In this document: one piece after another, positions 1 through 9,159 of the stretch | Position numbering within the stretch: position 1 is the first letter of the stretch | Layout: each line of letters starts with the position of its first letter | Origin: an uncultured Acidobacteriota bacterium | GTDB taxonomy: Bacteria; Acidobacteriota; Thermoanaerobaculia; UBA5066; Gp7-AA6 | DNA: 64,000 nucleotides | Reading direction: 5' to 3' | NCBI GenBank assembly: GCA_963764715.1 | Contig: CAVXTP010000024.1 | Coordinates: 18,743 to 82,742, forward strand | Notes under the pieces: generated by a model | The model's input: only the letters and a program-made list of their open reading frames with translations | Database searches by the model: none | What the model was told of the DNA's origin: nothing | Program-made: the position numbers and the translations under genes

Positions 1-241
1 GGTACAGGCCCGGGGAAAGCAGGCGGATCACAAAGGAGCCGCCGGCGTCCGAGGTGGCCTGGCGCGAGAAGCCGGTGTCCTGATTGGTCGCGCTGATCGT
101 TGCGCCGGGGAGAGCCGCGCCCGCCTCGTCGGTCACGAGGCCGCGCAGATCTGCCGTCGTCGTTCCCGTCGCCTGGGCCAGCAGGCCTGCTGCGGTCAGG
201 AGAAGCGAGCTTGCGAGCGCGAACCGCCGCATCACGGCCAT
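1..241 (-). CDS. N-terminus of a probable TonB-dependent receptor (signal peptide + carboxypeptidase-regulatory-like domain); runs off the window
   Basis: Manual translation MAVMRRFALASSLLLTAAGLLAQATGTTTADLRGLVTDEAGAALPGATISATNQDTGFSRQATSDAGGSFVIRLLFPGLY; GGAG upstream of ATG 241. Confidence 0.75.
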   Translation of the reverse strand, partial: MAVMRRFALASSLLLTAAGLLAQATGTTTADLRGLVTDEAGAALPGATISATNQDTGFSRQATSDAGGSFVIRLLSPGLY

Positions 242-426
242 GGCTCCGGTGGACGTGAGAGGCCGAACCCCTCCGGGCGGGAGCAAAGGGTGCTGCGGCT
301 CATGCCCCGACATCTTCACCTCGGGCGGCGCCCTCGCAGCCGGCGCCGTGCTTGGGAAGCGATGCCGGAGCTTTTTCTTCGACGCCGATGGCTGGCGTCT
401 CCGGGTCCGATGCGAGGCGGCTCATT

Positions 427-1083
427 CTATGGATCGACGGCCGTCTGGGTGGAGTACGGCAGCGAAAACATCCGTAACGTCAGTTCGACCGTGCCGACCC
501 GGATCCGAGCGCCGTCGCCGAGTCCGGAGGGAGCCTCGATTCTGCGATCGCCCAGGCAGGTGCCATTCTTGCTGCCGAGGTCCTCGACCGTGGCGCTCCC
601 CTCCATCACGACGATCCGCGCGTGGCGACGGGAGACGCTCGCGTCGTCGATGAAGATCCCTGCGCCCGGATCTCTCCCGATGACGTTTTCGCCCGCCTCG
701 AGGGCCGTTCGCTTTCCGGCGCCCAGGACCCAGCAGGACCACTTGCGCGTCGGGCCTGAAGGAACCTCTTCGCGCACGTCCTGGGCGTCCGCGCAGAACG
801 CGTAGCCGAACCGATGGACGGTCCGCACGTAGAGGGGATTCCGCGCCTCGTCGCCGATCACGGCGCGCACCTCGACGAGGAGACTCGTCAGTGTGCTGTC
901 CGAAACGAAGGTCCCGGGCCAGAGTCTCTCGTGGATCTGGCTCTTGGACACGGCCTTCGGGCGGTTCTCGAGGAGGAGCTCGAGGAACTGGAACGCCTTG
1001 GGCTGCACATGCACCGTCTCGCCGCGGACGAACAACTGCCGCGTCTCTGAGTCGAGCAGGCATTCACCGAAACGAACCCGCAT
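427..1083 (-). CDS. OmpR/CadC-type winged-helix transcriptional regulator with C-terminal FHA domain
   Basis: MRVRFGECLLD...LWPGTFVSDSTL...VRTVHRFGYAF (wHTH); IGRDP...VSRRHARI...DLGSKNGT (FHA); GGAGG before ATG 1083. Confidence 0.9.
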   Translation of the reverse strand: MRVRFGECLLDSETRQLFVRGETVHVQPKAFQFLELLLENRPKAVSKSQIHERLWPGTFVSDSTLTSLLVEVRAVIGDEARNPLYVRTVHRFGYAFCADAQDVREEVPSGPTRKWSCWVLGAGKRTALEAGENVIGRDPGAGIFIDDASVSRRHARIVVMEGSATVEDLGSKNGTCLGDRRIEAPSGLGDGARIRVGTVELTLRMFSLPYSTQTAVDP

Positions 1084-1221
1084 CGATTCCTCCGGGAAGC
1101 GAGCTGGATTATCGCGCAACCCGGCGGCTCCCCTGCCAGCACAAATGCAGCCGTTTTCGAGGATTTTCCCAACGACTCGGGCCGACCGGAACCCGTAGCG
1201 TCTGCTGTGGAGGTGATTGTC

Positions 1222-2496
1222 ATGACCACGATAGGTCGCCGGAGACTCCTGAACACCCTGCTCGCGCTGACGATGGTATGTGCAGCCGCTCCTCTGCTGG
1301 CTCAAACGATCATCGTCACGACGACCGCCGAGCTGGAGGCCGCTCTCACGCCGGCCAATGCGGGAAAACGGATTCTCGTTCGTGCCGGTGTGTACGATCT
1401 CGGCCAGGCGCTGACCGTACCCGATGACGCGACCCTCGTCGGTGAGGGCGAGATGATGTTCGACGACTCGGGGCTGCCGACCGGGTTCGAGCCGTCGGGA
1501 CGAACGCTCCTCCGGAGCACGCTGGCGCTCGTCGGCGATGTCCTGACGCTCGGCGATGGCGCGACGGTGCAACGCCTCGCCGTCGAAGACGCCGCGGGTC
1601 GGCAGGGAAACGTGGTCGTCGTGTCTTCGAGGGACGCCGGCGACGACGTCTCCGCGGAGCTCGTCGAATGCGAGATCATCAATCCGAATCCTTCGGCAAT
1701 CGTGCCGGCAGGGTCCCTCGGCCGGGCGCTGGTGGCCATCGCTCGCAATCTGAATCTCGATGCGGATCCGCCGCCCCAGGAGGGTGCCGTCGTCGAGGTG
1801 CGGATGAGGCGCTCGATCATTCGGTCGCCGGGCGCCGGGATCGGAGTCTTCGCGATCAGCTTTGCATCTCACACGGAGATCAGCCTCGATCTCCAGCGCA
1901 ATGTCATCGGCGGTGGACTGAACTTGAGCGGCGGCGTCAGCAGGCCCGAGGCCGTGACCGGCGCCAGCTTGACCATCAAGTCGAGGCGGAACCTGTATCG
2001 GTCCGACAGTGTTGTCCCGACGGCGACCGGCTGGAGTCTGATCGGGGGAGCGACTGCCCCAATCCCCGGCCTCGTGTCGGGGGCCTCGACCTTCAACACG
2101 CTTCGGATGGATTCCCGAAACGACATGATCGACGGCTTCCAGACCGGCATACTTGCTATGGGAGGACTGCGGACGGGGCCGCTTCCCGCGCCGAGCTCCT
2201 CGAACCTGGTCGAGATGGATCTCCATGACGTGCGTGTTCAGACGACGACAGCGGACCTGATGCTGTTTGGAGCAAACTCATTCGTTCCTGGCGTGTCTCC
2301 GGGTGACGGAAACGCCGTTCGCCTGCTCCTCAAAAAGTCGACCGGCAGCGGGCCCCGGGCCAATCTGTACACCGACAGCGCGATGGGCCTTGGAGTCGGA
2401 AACGAGCTCGAGATCGTGGGCACGGAGAAGGCCTTCGTTCGAAGCAACGAAGACTTCGACCCGATGCCTCCAGCCGAGTTCTTCACTCAGCCATGA
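1222..2496 (+). CDS. Secreted hypothetical protein, possibly a parallel beta-helix
   Basis: GGAGG RBS, signal peptide ending PLLAQ, VTTTAELEAAL..ILVRAGVYDL start typical of beta-helix proteins. Confidence 0.7.
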   Translation: MTTIGRRRLLNTLLALTMVCAAAPLLAQTIIVTTTAELEAALTPANAGKRILVRAGVYDLGQALTVPDDATLVGEGEMMFDDSGLPTGFEPSGRTLLRSTLALVGDVLTLGDGATVQRLAVEDAAGRQGNVVVVSSRDAGDDVSAELVECEIINPNPSAIVPAGSLGRALVAIARNLNLDADPPPQEGAVVEVRMRRSIIRSPGAGIGVFAISFASHTEISLDLQRNVIGGGLNLSGGVSRPEAVTGASLTIKSRRNLYRSDSVVPTATGWSLIGGATAPIPGLVSGASTFNTLRMDSRNDMIDGFQTGILAMGGLRTGPLPAPSSSNLVEMDLHDVRVQTTTADLMLFGANSFVPGVSPGDGNAVRLLLKKSTGSGPRANLYTDSAMGLGVGNELEIVGTEKAFVRSNEDFDPMPPAEFFTQP

Positions 2497-2599
2497 GCCA
2501 CCCGCGTCACGCGATGCTCGCAGCGGGTACACGTTCCATGCCACAGGCGTTCGATCGGTGCGCAGCCGGGATTCGAACTCCGGCCGGAGGGGAGGCAAC

Positions 2600-4432
2600 A
2601 TGATTCGGAACACGCTTCGTCACATCGCGGCTGTCGGTGTCCTGCTGGTGGCCGCCGGGGCTCTGAGAGCAGACGCGAATTCCTGGACGGGAGGCCGCCC
2701 GGTCGAAACGGCCGAGGGTGTCCCCCGTCTCGTGGCGGCGGATCCCGACAGTCCCTACGTCGTCTACGCAGCTTTCGGACCCATGCTCCATCGCAGCAGC
2801 GACGGCGGCCGCACCTGGAGCCGCCTGCGATCGTTCTCCGAGATCCGGGCGGTGATGGTCCACCCGGCGTCGCCATCGACGATCTACGTCGCCGCTGACG
2901 ACGTCTACAAGAGCACCGACGGCGGAGAAACCTGGTCTACAACGTCGATCAGGTACGTCGATAGCCTCGCAGGGAGCCCGACCGATGCATCCACCGTATT
3001 CGCCGGCGCGTGGGACCGGATCTACAAGACGACGGACGCGGGCACGAGCTGGTCTTCGGTCTCCTACACAGGTGTGATCGCCAGCCTCGTGATCGATCCG
3101 CGGGACCCGACGATTGCCTACGCCGGCGCGGAGGGCATCGACTACTGGGGCTGGTACCCCGGCTCGATAGGCAAGACGACGGACGGCGGAGCGAGTTGGC
3201 AGAAGCCGAGTCCGGACGCTCCCGACAGTGTCGTTGCTTTCGGAATCGATTCCGTCGAGAGCTCGACCGTCTACCTCGCGACCGGAGATTTGCCACCGAT
3301 TGACGGGTCCTACGTCGCACCGCGGGTGCTGCGCTCGGAGGACGGCGGGGTGTCGTGGACGTCGGCCGACGGGGGGCTGCCCTCCGGCGGCGCCCGATGC
3401 CTGGCGGTCGATCCGCGTGTCTCGGGAACGCTCTACGCCGGAACACGGGCGGGGGTCTACCGGAGTCGCGACGGCGGCCGGAGTTGGACCGCGTTCAGCC
3501 AGCGGCTGGCCGGAGTGCCGATCACGTCTCTGGCGATCGCCGACTCGGGTCGCCGTCTCCACGCCGGAACGTACGGCGGCGTGTACGACCTGGAAATCGC
3601 GCGCGGCCCCCTCGACGTGGCCGCCGGACCGGCTGGCGAAAGCCGCGTCCTCGTGTGGGACGGTGATCGGCTCGCCGTCGGCAAGCTCGACGCGTCGGGG
3701 AACTGGGCGAGCACGCCTCCCGGGGACCTATCGGCGACGTGGACGGCCATCGCGATCGCAACCGCCGGGGACGAGCGTGCGCACGTGCTCTGGCAGAACG
3801 GCGATGGCCGCACCGCGCTCGAGATCGCCGGTCCCTCCGGCCGGCAGTCGGTCACCACGTTCGAAAAGCGTTCGGGCTGGATCGCGACGGATCTCTCGGT
3901 GCGGCCCGACGGGCAGTCCAACGTCCTGTGGTCGGGCGCCGATGGGCGGATGTCGATCGCGAGGATGAATTCCTCCGGCGGGACGAGCGACGGGCCGGAA
4001 TACGGGCCGGCGCCGGGGTGGTCGGCCGTCGCGATCGCCGATGGTCCCGGAGGCGACACCTGGGTACTCTGGCGCTCGACCGATGGACGCGCGGCGGTCT
4101 CGGTCCACCGTGACGGCACGATGGTGGCCTCGTACAAGTACGCCGCCCAACTGGATGAGGCCGTCGAGGACGTGGCCGTGGCGGCGGATGGCCGCCCGCG
4201 GATCCTTCGGACCAATCCCGCCGGCCTTGCGTCCGTGGCCACGGTCGATGCCACGGGACGGCTGACGGCAGGGCAGCATTACGAGCTGCCGGGATTGACG
4301 CCGCGGCGGATCGCCGCGGGCGCGGACGGCCGCACGCGCCTGCTCTTCGGCAGCGGCGACGGCCGGGGTGAGCTGTTGCTGCTCAATCCCGACAACACGT
4401 TGAGCGCCCGGCACGCGTTGCAGCCCCGCTGA
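2600..4432 (+). CDS. Secreted BNR/Asp-box beta-propeller protein with a second C-terminal repeat propeller
   Basis: GGAGG RBS; repeated S/TxDGGxTW Asp-boxes; C-terminal ~46-aa repeats W.A.AIA...VLW...DGR. Confidence 0.8.
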   Translation: MIRNTLRHIAAVGVLLVAAGALRADANSWTGGRPVETAEGVPRLVAADPDSPYVVYAAFGPMLHRSSDGGRTWSRLRSFSEIRAVMVHPASPSTIYVAADDVYKSTDGGETWSTTSIRYVDSLAGSPTDASTVFAGAWDRIYKTTDAGTSWSSVSYTGVIASLVIDPRDPTIAYAGAEGIDYWGWYPGSIGKTTDGGASWQKPSPDAPDSVVAFGIDSVESSTVYLATGDLPPIDGSYVAPRVLRSEDGGVSWTSADGGLPSGGARCLAVDPRVSGTLYAGTRAGVYRSRDGGRSWTAFSQRLAGVPITSLAIADSGRRLHAGTYGGVYDLEIARGPLDVAAGPAGESRVLVWDGDRLAVGKLDASGNWASTPPGDLSATWTAIAIATAGDERAHVLWQNGDGRTALEIAGPSGRQSVTTFEKRSGWIATDLSVRPDGQSNVLWSGADGRMSIARMNSSGGTSDGPEYGPAPGWSAVAIADGPGGDTWVLWRSTDGRAAVSVHRDGTMVASYKYAAQLDEAVEDVAVAADGRPRILRTNPAGLASVATVDATGRLTAGQHYELPGLTPRRIAAGADGRTRLLFGSGDGRGELLLLNPDNTLSARHALQPR

Positions 4433-4571
4433 CGAGCATCGTCGTCACGACGGCCTCCGAGCAGAAGTCCGGACCATCGACCACTTTTGTTGCACCGCTC
4501 GGGACGACTACGACTAGGGCACCGTATTCAAGCTCGAGCCCGCGAACGGCTACGCGAACGACCCCCCGTCC

Positions 4572-4663
4572 GTAGGGGCTCGCCCCGGCCCCCTCCCCAG
4601 GGTCGGGAAGCGCGCCGCAACTCGATCGGCACGTGAGGGGGCGCCCGCAAGGGGCGCCCCTAT
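4572..4663. repeat. Inverted pair of GTAG-type REP-like palindromes
   Basis: gtaggggctcgccccggcccc (4572-4592) and, on the minus strand, ataggggcgccccttgcgggcgccccc (4637-4663), between convergent genes. Confidence 0.6.
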
Positions 4664-4679
4664 TGTTGCACGGTGCATC

Positions 4680-5417
4680 TCAACGCAGGACGTCTTCGAG
4701 CACCCGCTGGCTCTTGAGCTCGTGCCCCAGGAAGTGCCGTCGCGCGAGGCGTGCCACGCGGGCGATCTCGGCCAGGCCCGGGGGCCGCGCCGACGGATCG
4801 AGCGGGCCGCCGAGGAAGCCGCGCAGCGTGGCGTGCGCGTCGGCCGAGACGCGCATCGCTTCCGACCGCCGGCACTCCGCTCCGATGAACCCCGGACGGC
4901 CTTCGTCGAAAATCAGCGCCCCGGCCTCCTCGAGCGGCCTCCCGCAGCCGGCGCACTCGCGCGGGGTCGGGAAGAGGCCCGACAGCTTCAGGATCCAGAC
5001 GTCGAAGTAGGCCGCCGTCAGCGACGCCGGCGCCCCGGCGAAGAGCGCGTCCATCACGTGCCGGGCGAGGCGATAGAAGGGCTCGGCCGGATCGGACTCC
5101 GAGACGAACGTCTCGAAGCTCTCGGCGAGCGTCGAGAGGAGCAACGCCTTCTCGAGCTCCGTCGACAGCGCGAACGACGGCCGGATCGGATCCACGGCGT
5201 TGATCGAGACGAGCTCGCGTCCTTCCTTCTCGAAGTACACGATGCGCGCCTCCGTCATCGGCTCGAGGGCGCCGGAGAAGATGCTCCTCGCCCGCCGCGC
5301 GCCGCGCGCCACGCCGCGCTTCTTGCCCGCGTCACGCGTCAGGAACGAGACGATCCGGTCGGTCTCGCGCAGGGCGTACGTCGCGAGAATGAAGGACTCG
5401 GAGGTGTGGAGCTTCAC
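4680..5417 (-). CDS. recO: DNA repair protein RecO
   Basis: ETDRIVSFLTRDAGKKRGVARGAR N-terminus, ALEPMT, CAGCG zinc-finger region, HELKS C-terminus. Confidence 0.93.
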   Translation of the reverse strand: MKLHTSESFILATYALRETDRIVSFLTRDAGKKRGVARGARRARSIFSGALEPMTEARIVYFEKEGRELVSINAVDPIRPSFALSTELEKALLLSTLAESFETFVSESDPAEPFYRLARHVMDALFAGAPASLTAAYFDVWILKLSGLFPTPRECAGCGRPLEEAGALIFDEGRPGFIGAECRRSEAMRVSADAHATLRGFLGGPLDPSARPPGLAEIARVARLARRHFLGHELKSQRVLEDVLR

Positions 5418-5496
5418 GGCAAGCGATTATGATCAGGAGACGGCGGCAACGATGCCTAATAAAATTAGAATTCAAGCTATAAACGCCTAATTTCGT

Positions 5497-6708
5497 ATGT
5501 CAGACAGCCAGAAGGACCGACTAAATACCGGCGTCCTCACCCTGGGCTGGGTTTCCTTCCTGTCCGATGTCGCGTCGGACATGATCTTTCCGCTCCTGCC
5601 CGACTTCCTGACGCGGACTCTCAAGGCCGGCCCGGCGGCGGTCGGCGTGATCGAGGGGGTCGCCGAGGCCACGTCGTCCTTCATGAAGATGGTCTCGGGC
5701 CGGTTGTCCGATCGCGTCGCCCGGCGCAAGCCCCTGATCGTCGCCGGCTACTCGATCGCGGCGTTCGCCCGGCCGCTCATCGGACTGGCGGCGAGCTGGA
5801 CCCAGGTGCTCGTGATCCGGTTCACGGACCGGATCGGCAAGGGCATCCGGACCTCGCCGCGCGACGCCCTGCTCGCGGATCTCGTGCCGCCCGAGAAGCG
5901 CGGCCGGGCCTTCGGCCTGCAGCGCGCGATGGACAACGCGGGAGCCGTCGTCGGGCCGCTCCTCGCGGCGGCCCTCCTGAAGTTCGCCTTCGAGGACGAG
6001 CGCTCGATCTTCCTGCTCGCGGCGATCCCCGGGCTCGCGACGGTCGCCCTGCTCGTCTTCGCGGTGAAGGAGCCGCCGAAAACGCGGCGGGACCCGGCCG
6101 CGCCGCGGGCGCCCTCCGCGCCGCTGCCGAGGCGCCTGCGGACCGCGATCGGGATCTTCGTGCTCTTCACGCTGGCGAGCTCCACGGACGCCTTCCTGGT
6201 TCTCCGGGCGAGCGACGCGGGAGTCACGCTCTGGCAGCTTCCGCTTCTCTGGGCCTTCTTCAACGGCGTCAAGGCCGCGGCCGGCGTCCCGGGAGGGGCC
6301 CTCGCGGACCGGCTGGGACGCGTCCCCGCCATCGTCGCCGGCTGGATGGTCTACGCCGTCTCCTACGTCGGGTTCTCCTTCGTCTCGAGCCCCGCGCCGA
6401 TGTGGGGATGGATGGGCTTCTACGCCCTCTTCTACGCGATGACCGAAGGTGCCGAGCGGGCGCTCGTGGCCGATCTCGCGCCCGCCCGGCTGCGGGGCAA
6501 GGCCTTCGGCGCCTTCCACGCCTCGGTCGGTTTCGCGTCGCTGCCCGCCTCGATTCTCTTCGGCCTGTGGTGGAAGGCGTTCGGCCCCCGCGGGGCCTTC
6601 CTCATCGGGGCCGCCATTGCACTCGTGGCCGCCGCCGCGCTCCTCGTCTTCCGGTCGCGCTCGGGCCCGCTGCGCGCCGTCGAGGAGCGGGAAACGGCCT
6701 CGGCGTGA
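5497..6708 (+). CDS. Major facilitator superfamily transporter
   Basis: VSFLSDVASDMIFPLLP, GRLSDRVARRK motif A, DRIGKGIRTSPRDALLAD; about 12 hydrophobic segments. Confidence 0.92.
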   Translation: MSDSQKDRLNTGVLTLGWVSFLSDVASDMIFPLLPDFLTRTLKAGPAAVGVIEGVAEATSSFMKMVSGRLSDRVARRKPLIVAGYSIAAFARPLIGLAASWTQVLVIRFTDRIGKGIRTSPRDALLADLVPPEKRGRAFGLQRAMDNAGAVVGPLLAAALLKFAFEDERSIFLLAAIPGLATVALLVFAVKEPPKTRRDPAAPRAPSAPLPRRLRTAIGIFVLFTLASSTDAFLVLRASDAGVTLWQLPLLWAFFNGVKAAAGVPGGALADRLGRVPAIVAGWMVYAVSYVGFSFVSSPAPMWGWMGFYALFYAMTEGAERALVADLAPARLRGKAFGAFHASVGFASLPASILFGLWWKAFGPRGAFLIGAAIALVAAAALLVFRSRSGPLRAVEERETASA

Positions 6709-6762
6709 CCCGACGGGCCGCCCGGGCCGCGACCTGATAGCATTTCCGCCGGGGGTGACGGA

Positions 6763-6987
6763 ATGGGCCCGGTCTGGCGCCTCATCAAGGGACAGAAGGA
6801 CATGTGCCACCGGTGCGGCCGGGAGATCGTCGATTTTCCGGCCGTCGGGCGCGTCATCGACTTCCAGTTCCGGCCGGAAGAGAAGTACTGCTGGGACTGC
6901 TACCGGTACCTGACGCCCTTCGTCGACGACATCTCCCCGGTGTCCCAGGACCCCTTTCAAAAGGTGACCAAACCGGCGATTCCGTGA
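6763..6987 (+). CDS. Small Cys4 (CHRC...CWDC) putative zinc-finger protein
   Basis: 74 aa, GC3-rich codons, stop overlaps mqnE start (GTGA 6984-6987). Confidence 0.65.
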   Translation: MGPVWRLIKGQKDMCHRCGREIVDFPAVGRVIDFQFRPEEKYCWDCYRYLTPFVDDISPVSQDPFQKVTKPAIP

Positions 6988-8120
6988 CGGACCTTCTCTC
7001 CTCCTATCGCCGATCCGAGCTTCTCCCCCTGGCCGAGAAGACGCTCGCCGGGGAACGCCTGTCCTTCGAGGACGGGGTCCGGCTCTTCGAGACGCGCGAC
7101 TTTCTCGGGCTCGGCCGTCTCGCCAATCACGTCCGCGAAGCCCGCCACGGGAACCTGGCGTTCTACAACGTCAACCGCTACCTCAACCCGACGAACCTCT
7201 GCTGGGTCGACTGCGCCCTCTGTGCGTGGGCCAAGAAGGTCAACGAGCCGGGCGGCTACGAGATGGCGATCGACGAGTGCGTCGCGGAGGCGGGCAAGGG
7301 CTACAGCGAAGCCGTCACCGAGTTCCACATCGTCGGAGGACTCCACCCGACGTGGCCCTTCGAGTACTACACGGGCCTCCTCCGTGCGCTCAAGGAGCGC
7401 TTCCCGGGCGTTCACCTGAAGGCCTGGACGATGGTCGAGCTCGACTGGATCGCGAAGGTCGGCGGGCGCGACCTGCCGGACGCGATCCGCGAGCTGAAGG
7501 CCGCGGGAATGGATACCTGCCCGGGGGGCGGCGCCGAGATCTTCGCCCGTCGGGTCCGCGACATCATCTGCACCAACAAGATCTCGGGCGAGCGCTGGCT
7601 CGAGGTCGCGCGGGAATGCCATCGCCAGGGCGTCCGGACCAACGCCACCATGCTCTACGGCCACGTCGAGACCGTCGAGGAGCGGGTGGACCACCTGCTG
7701 CGCCTGCGAGCGCTGCAGGACGAGACGGGCGGAATCCCGGGGCTCATCCCGCTGGCGTTTCACCCGGAGAACACGCCCCTGGCGCACCTGCCCTCCTCGA
7801 CCGGGCAGCTCGACCTGCGGGTGATCGCGGCCTCGCGGCTCCTGCTCGACAACGTTGCGCACATCAAGGCCTACTGGATCCAGATCGGGACCAAGCTCGC
7901 GCAGGTCGCGCTCTTCTTCGGCGCGGACGACCTCGTCGGAACCGTGGTCGACGAGATCATCACCCACGCCGCGGGTGCCACCACGGCCTCGGGAATGACG
8001 CGCGCGGACTTCGAGCGCATCATCCGCGAGTCGGGCCGCGAGCCCTACGAGCGCGACTCCGAGTACCGGCGCGTCGAGCGGCGCGGGCCGCGGGCGGAGC
8101 CGGTCCCGGCCCTGGCGTGA
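6984..8120 (+). CDS. mqnE: Aminofutalosine synthase MqnE (radical SAM, CofH/MqnC/MqnE family)
   Basis: NPTNLCWVDCALC CxxxCxxC; EFHIVGGLHP; PGGGAEIF; NATMLYGHVE; HIKAYW. Confidence 0.88.
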   Translation: MTDLLSSYRRSELLPLAEKTLAGERLSFEDGVRLFETRDFLGLGRLANHVREARHGNLAFYNVNRYLNPTNLCWVDCALCAWAKKVNEPGGYEMAIDECVAEAGKGYSEAVTEFHIVGGLHPTWPFEYYTGLLRALKERFPGVHLKAWTMVELDWIAKVGGRDLPDAIRELKAAGMDTCPGGGAEIFARRVRDIICTNKISGERWLEVARECHRQGVRTNATMLYGHVETVEERVDHLLRLRALQDETGGIPGLIPLAFHPENTPLAHLPSSTGQLDLRVIAASRLLLDNVAHIKAYWIQIGTKLAQVALFFGADDLVGTVVDEIITHAAGATTASGMTRADFERIIRESGREPYERDSEYRRVERRGPRAEPVPALA

Positions 8121-9046
8121 GTCCGGGCCGCCGGGCGCGCGCCGCCGGCGGAGCTCTCGCCGCCTCGCTCGCCGTCTCCTGTGCCGGGGGCGGATACGCC
8201 GGCAAGCCCTCGATCGCCGTGGCCGACGGCGATCCGATCGTCCAGCTCGAGAAGGCCGGCCGGCCCCCGAGCCTGGTCGCTCCCGTGCTCGTGCCGCTCA
8301 GCAAGCACACCGACCCGCCGTTTCGCCGCGAGAGGGTCGTGGGAGTCAGCCTCGGCGAGCCGGCGCGGATGTACCCCATCGGCCTTCTCGACGGTTATGC
8401 GGCCGTCAACGACGAGGCCGAAGGCGTGCCGTTCGCCGTCGTCCGCGACCCGATGACGGACCTCGCGGCCGTGCTCGACCGGAGGGCGGCCGGCCGCACG
8501 CTCACGCTCGAGGGCTCCGGCGCGGTCTGGCGCGGCGTGCGGGTGCTGCGCGACCGCGAAACCGGGACGTACTGGGCGCCCGTGACCGGCCGGGCGCTCT
8601 CGGGCCCGCTCGCCGGCGAGACGCTCGCCCTGATCCCGGCCCCGGTCACGACGGCCGACGCGTGGCGGGAGCTCCACCCCGCGACGGTGTGCCTCGAGAC
8701 CGGGGAGCTGACGGCCGTCTCGCTGACACTGCGCCTCTACGCGGCCTCGGCGACCGAGGGCGTCACTGGAGAAAGGACGGCGGACAGGAGGTTCGCCCCG
8801 AAGGAGACGGTGTTCTTCGTCGCCGGGCGGAACGAGGCGCTCGCCTTCGCCGCCGCTTACGTGCGCGAGAAGAGGTCCGTCCCGGCCGCCCTCGAGGGCG
8901 ATGCGCTGACGATCGAGTTTGACGGCGCCGTGCGTTCGCCGCGCGCTTTCCGCCAGGTCGAAGGGGCGCGCCAGGAGCTTCCCGTCGTGTCGATGTACTG
9001 GTTCGCGGTCGTGGAGCAGTTCTCGAGCGTCAAGACGTTGCCGTAA
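8117..9046 (+). CDS. DUF3179-like putative lipoprotein
   Basis: Lipobox LAVSC; ARMYPI..VNDE, LRDRETGTYW..TGRALSGPLAGETL, TTADAWRELHP, MYWFA; GTGA overlap with mqnE stop. Confidence 0.75.
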   Translation: MSPGRRARAAGGALAASLAVSCAGGGYAGKPSIAVADGDPIVQLEKAGRPPSLVAPVLVPLSKHTDPPFRRERVVGVSLGEPARMYPIGLLDGYAAVNDEAEGVPFAVVRDPMTDLAAVLDRRAAGRTLTLEGSGAVWRGVRVLRDRETGTYWAPVTGRALSGPLAGETLALIPAPVTTADAWRELHPATVCLETGELTAVSLTLRLYAASATEGVTGERTADRRFAPKETVFFVAGRNEALAFAAAYVREKRSVPAALEGDALTIEFDGAVRSPRAFRQVEGARQELPVVSMYWFAVVEQFSSVKTLP

Positions 9047-9149
9047 GAGGGCTTACGAGGGGGTCAGAGGGCTTACGAGGGGGTCAGGTCTTCATTTTTC
9101 GGTTTTGAGGGCCTCCCGGACTCGAGGCTGAAAAATGAACACCTGACCC
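9046..9149. repeat. 20-bp perfect tandem duplication followed by a 20-bp inverted repeat (hairpin element)
   Basis: agagggcttacgagggggtc x2 (9046-9085); gggtcaggtcttcatttttc (9081-9100) vs gaaaaatgaacacctgaccc (9130-9149), 1 mismatch. Confidence 0.8.
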
Positions 9150-9159
9150 TGGCCTCGGC

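Noticed and set aside
427-2226. 599-aa ORF in the track
   Set aside because: Only the last 218 aa (from ATG 1083) look like protein; the rest is antisense shadow of the 1222..2496 gene.
2556-2584. tRNA T-arm-like sequence on the minus strand (gccggagttcgaatcccggctgcgcacc)
   Set aside because: The stem needs a bulge, there is no D or anticodon arm and no CCA, and no integrase is nearby; not supportable as a tRNA or att site.
9046-9085. Direct repeats as a possible CRISPR array
   Set aside because: Only two adjacent copies, no spacers and no cas genes.
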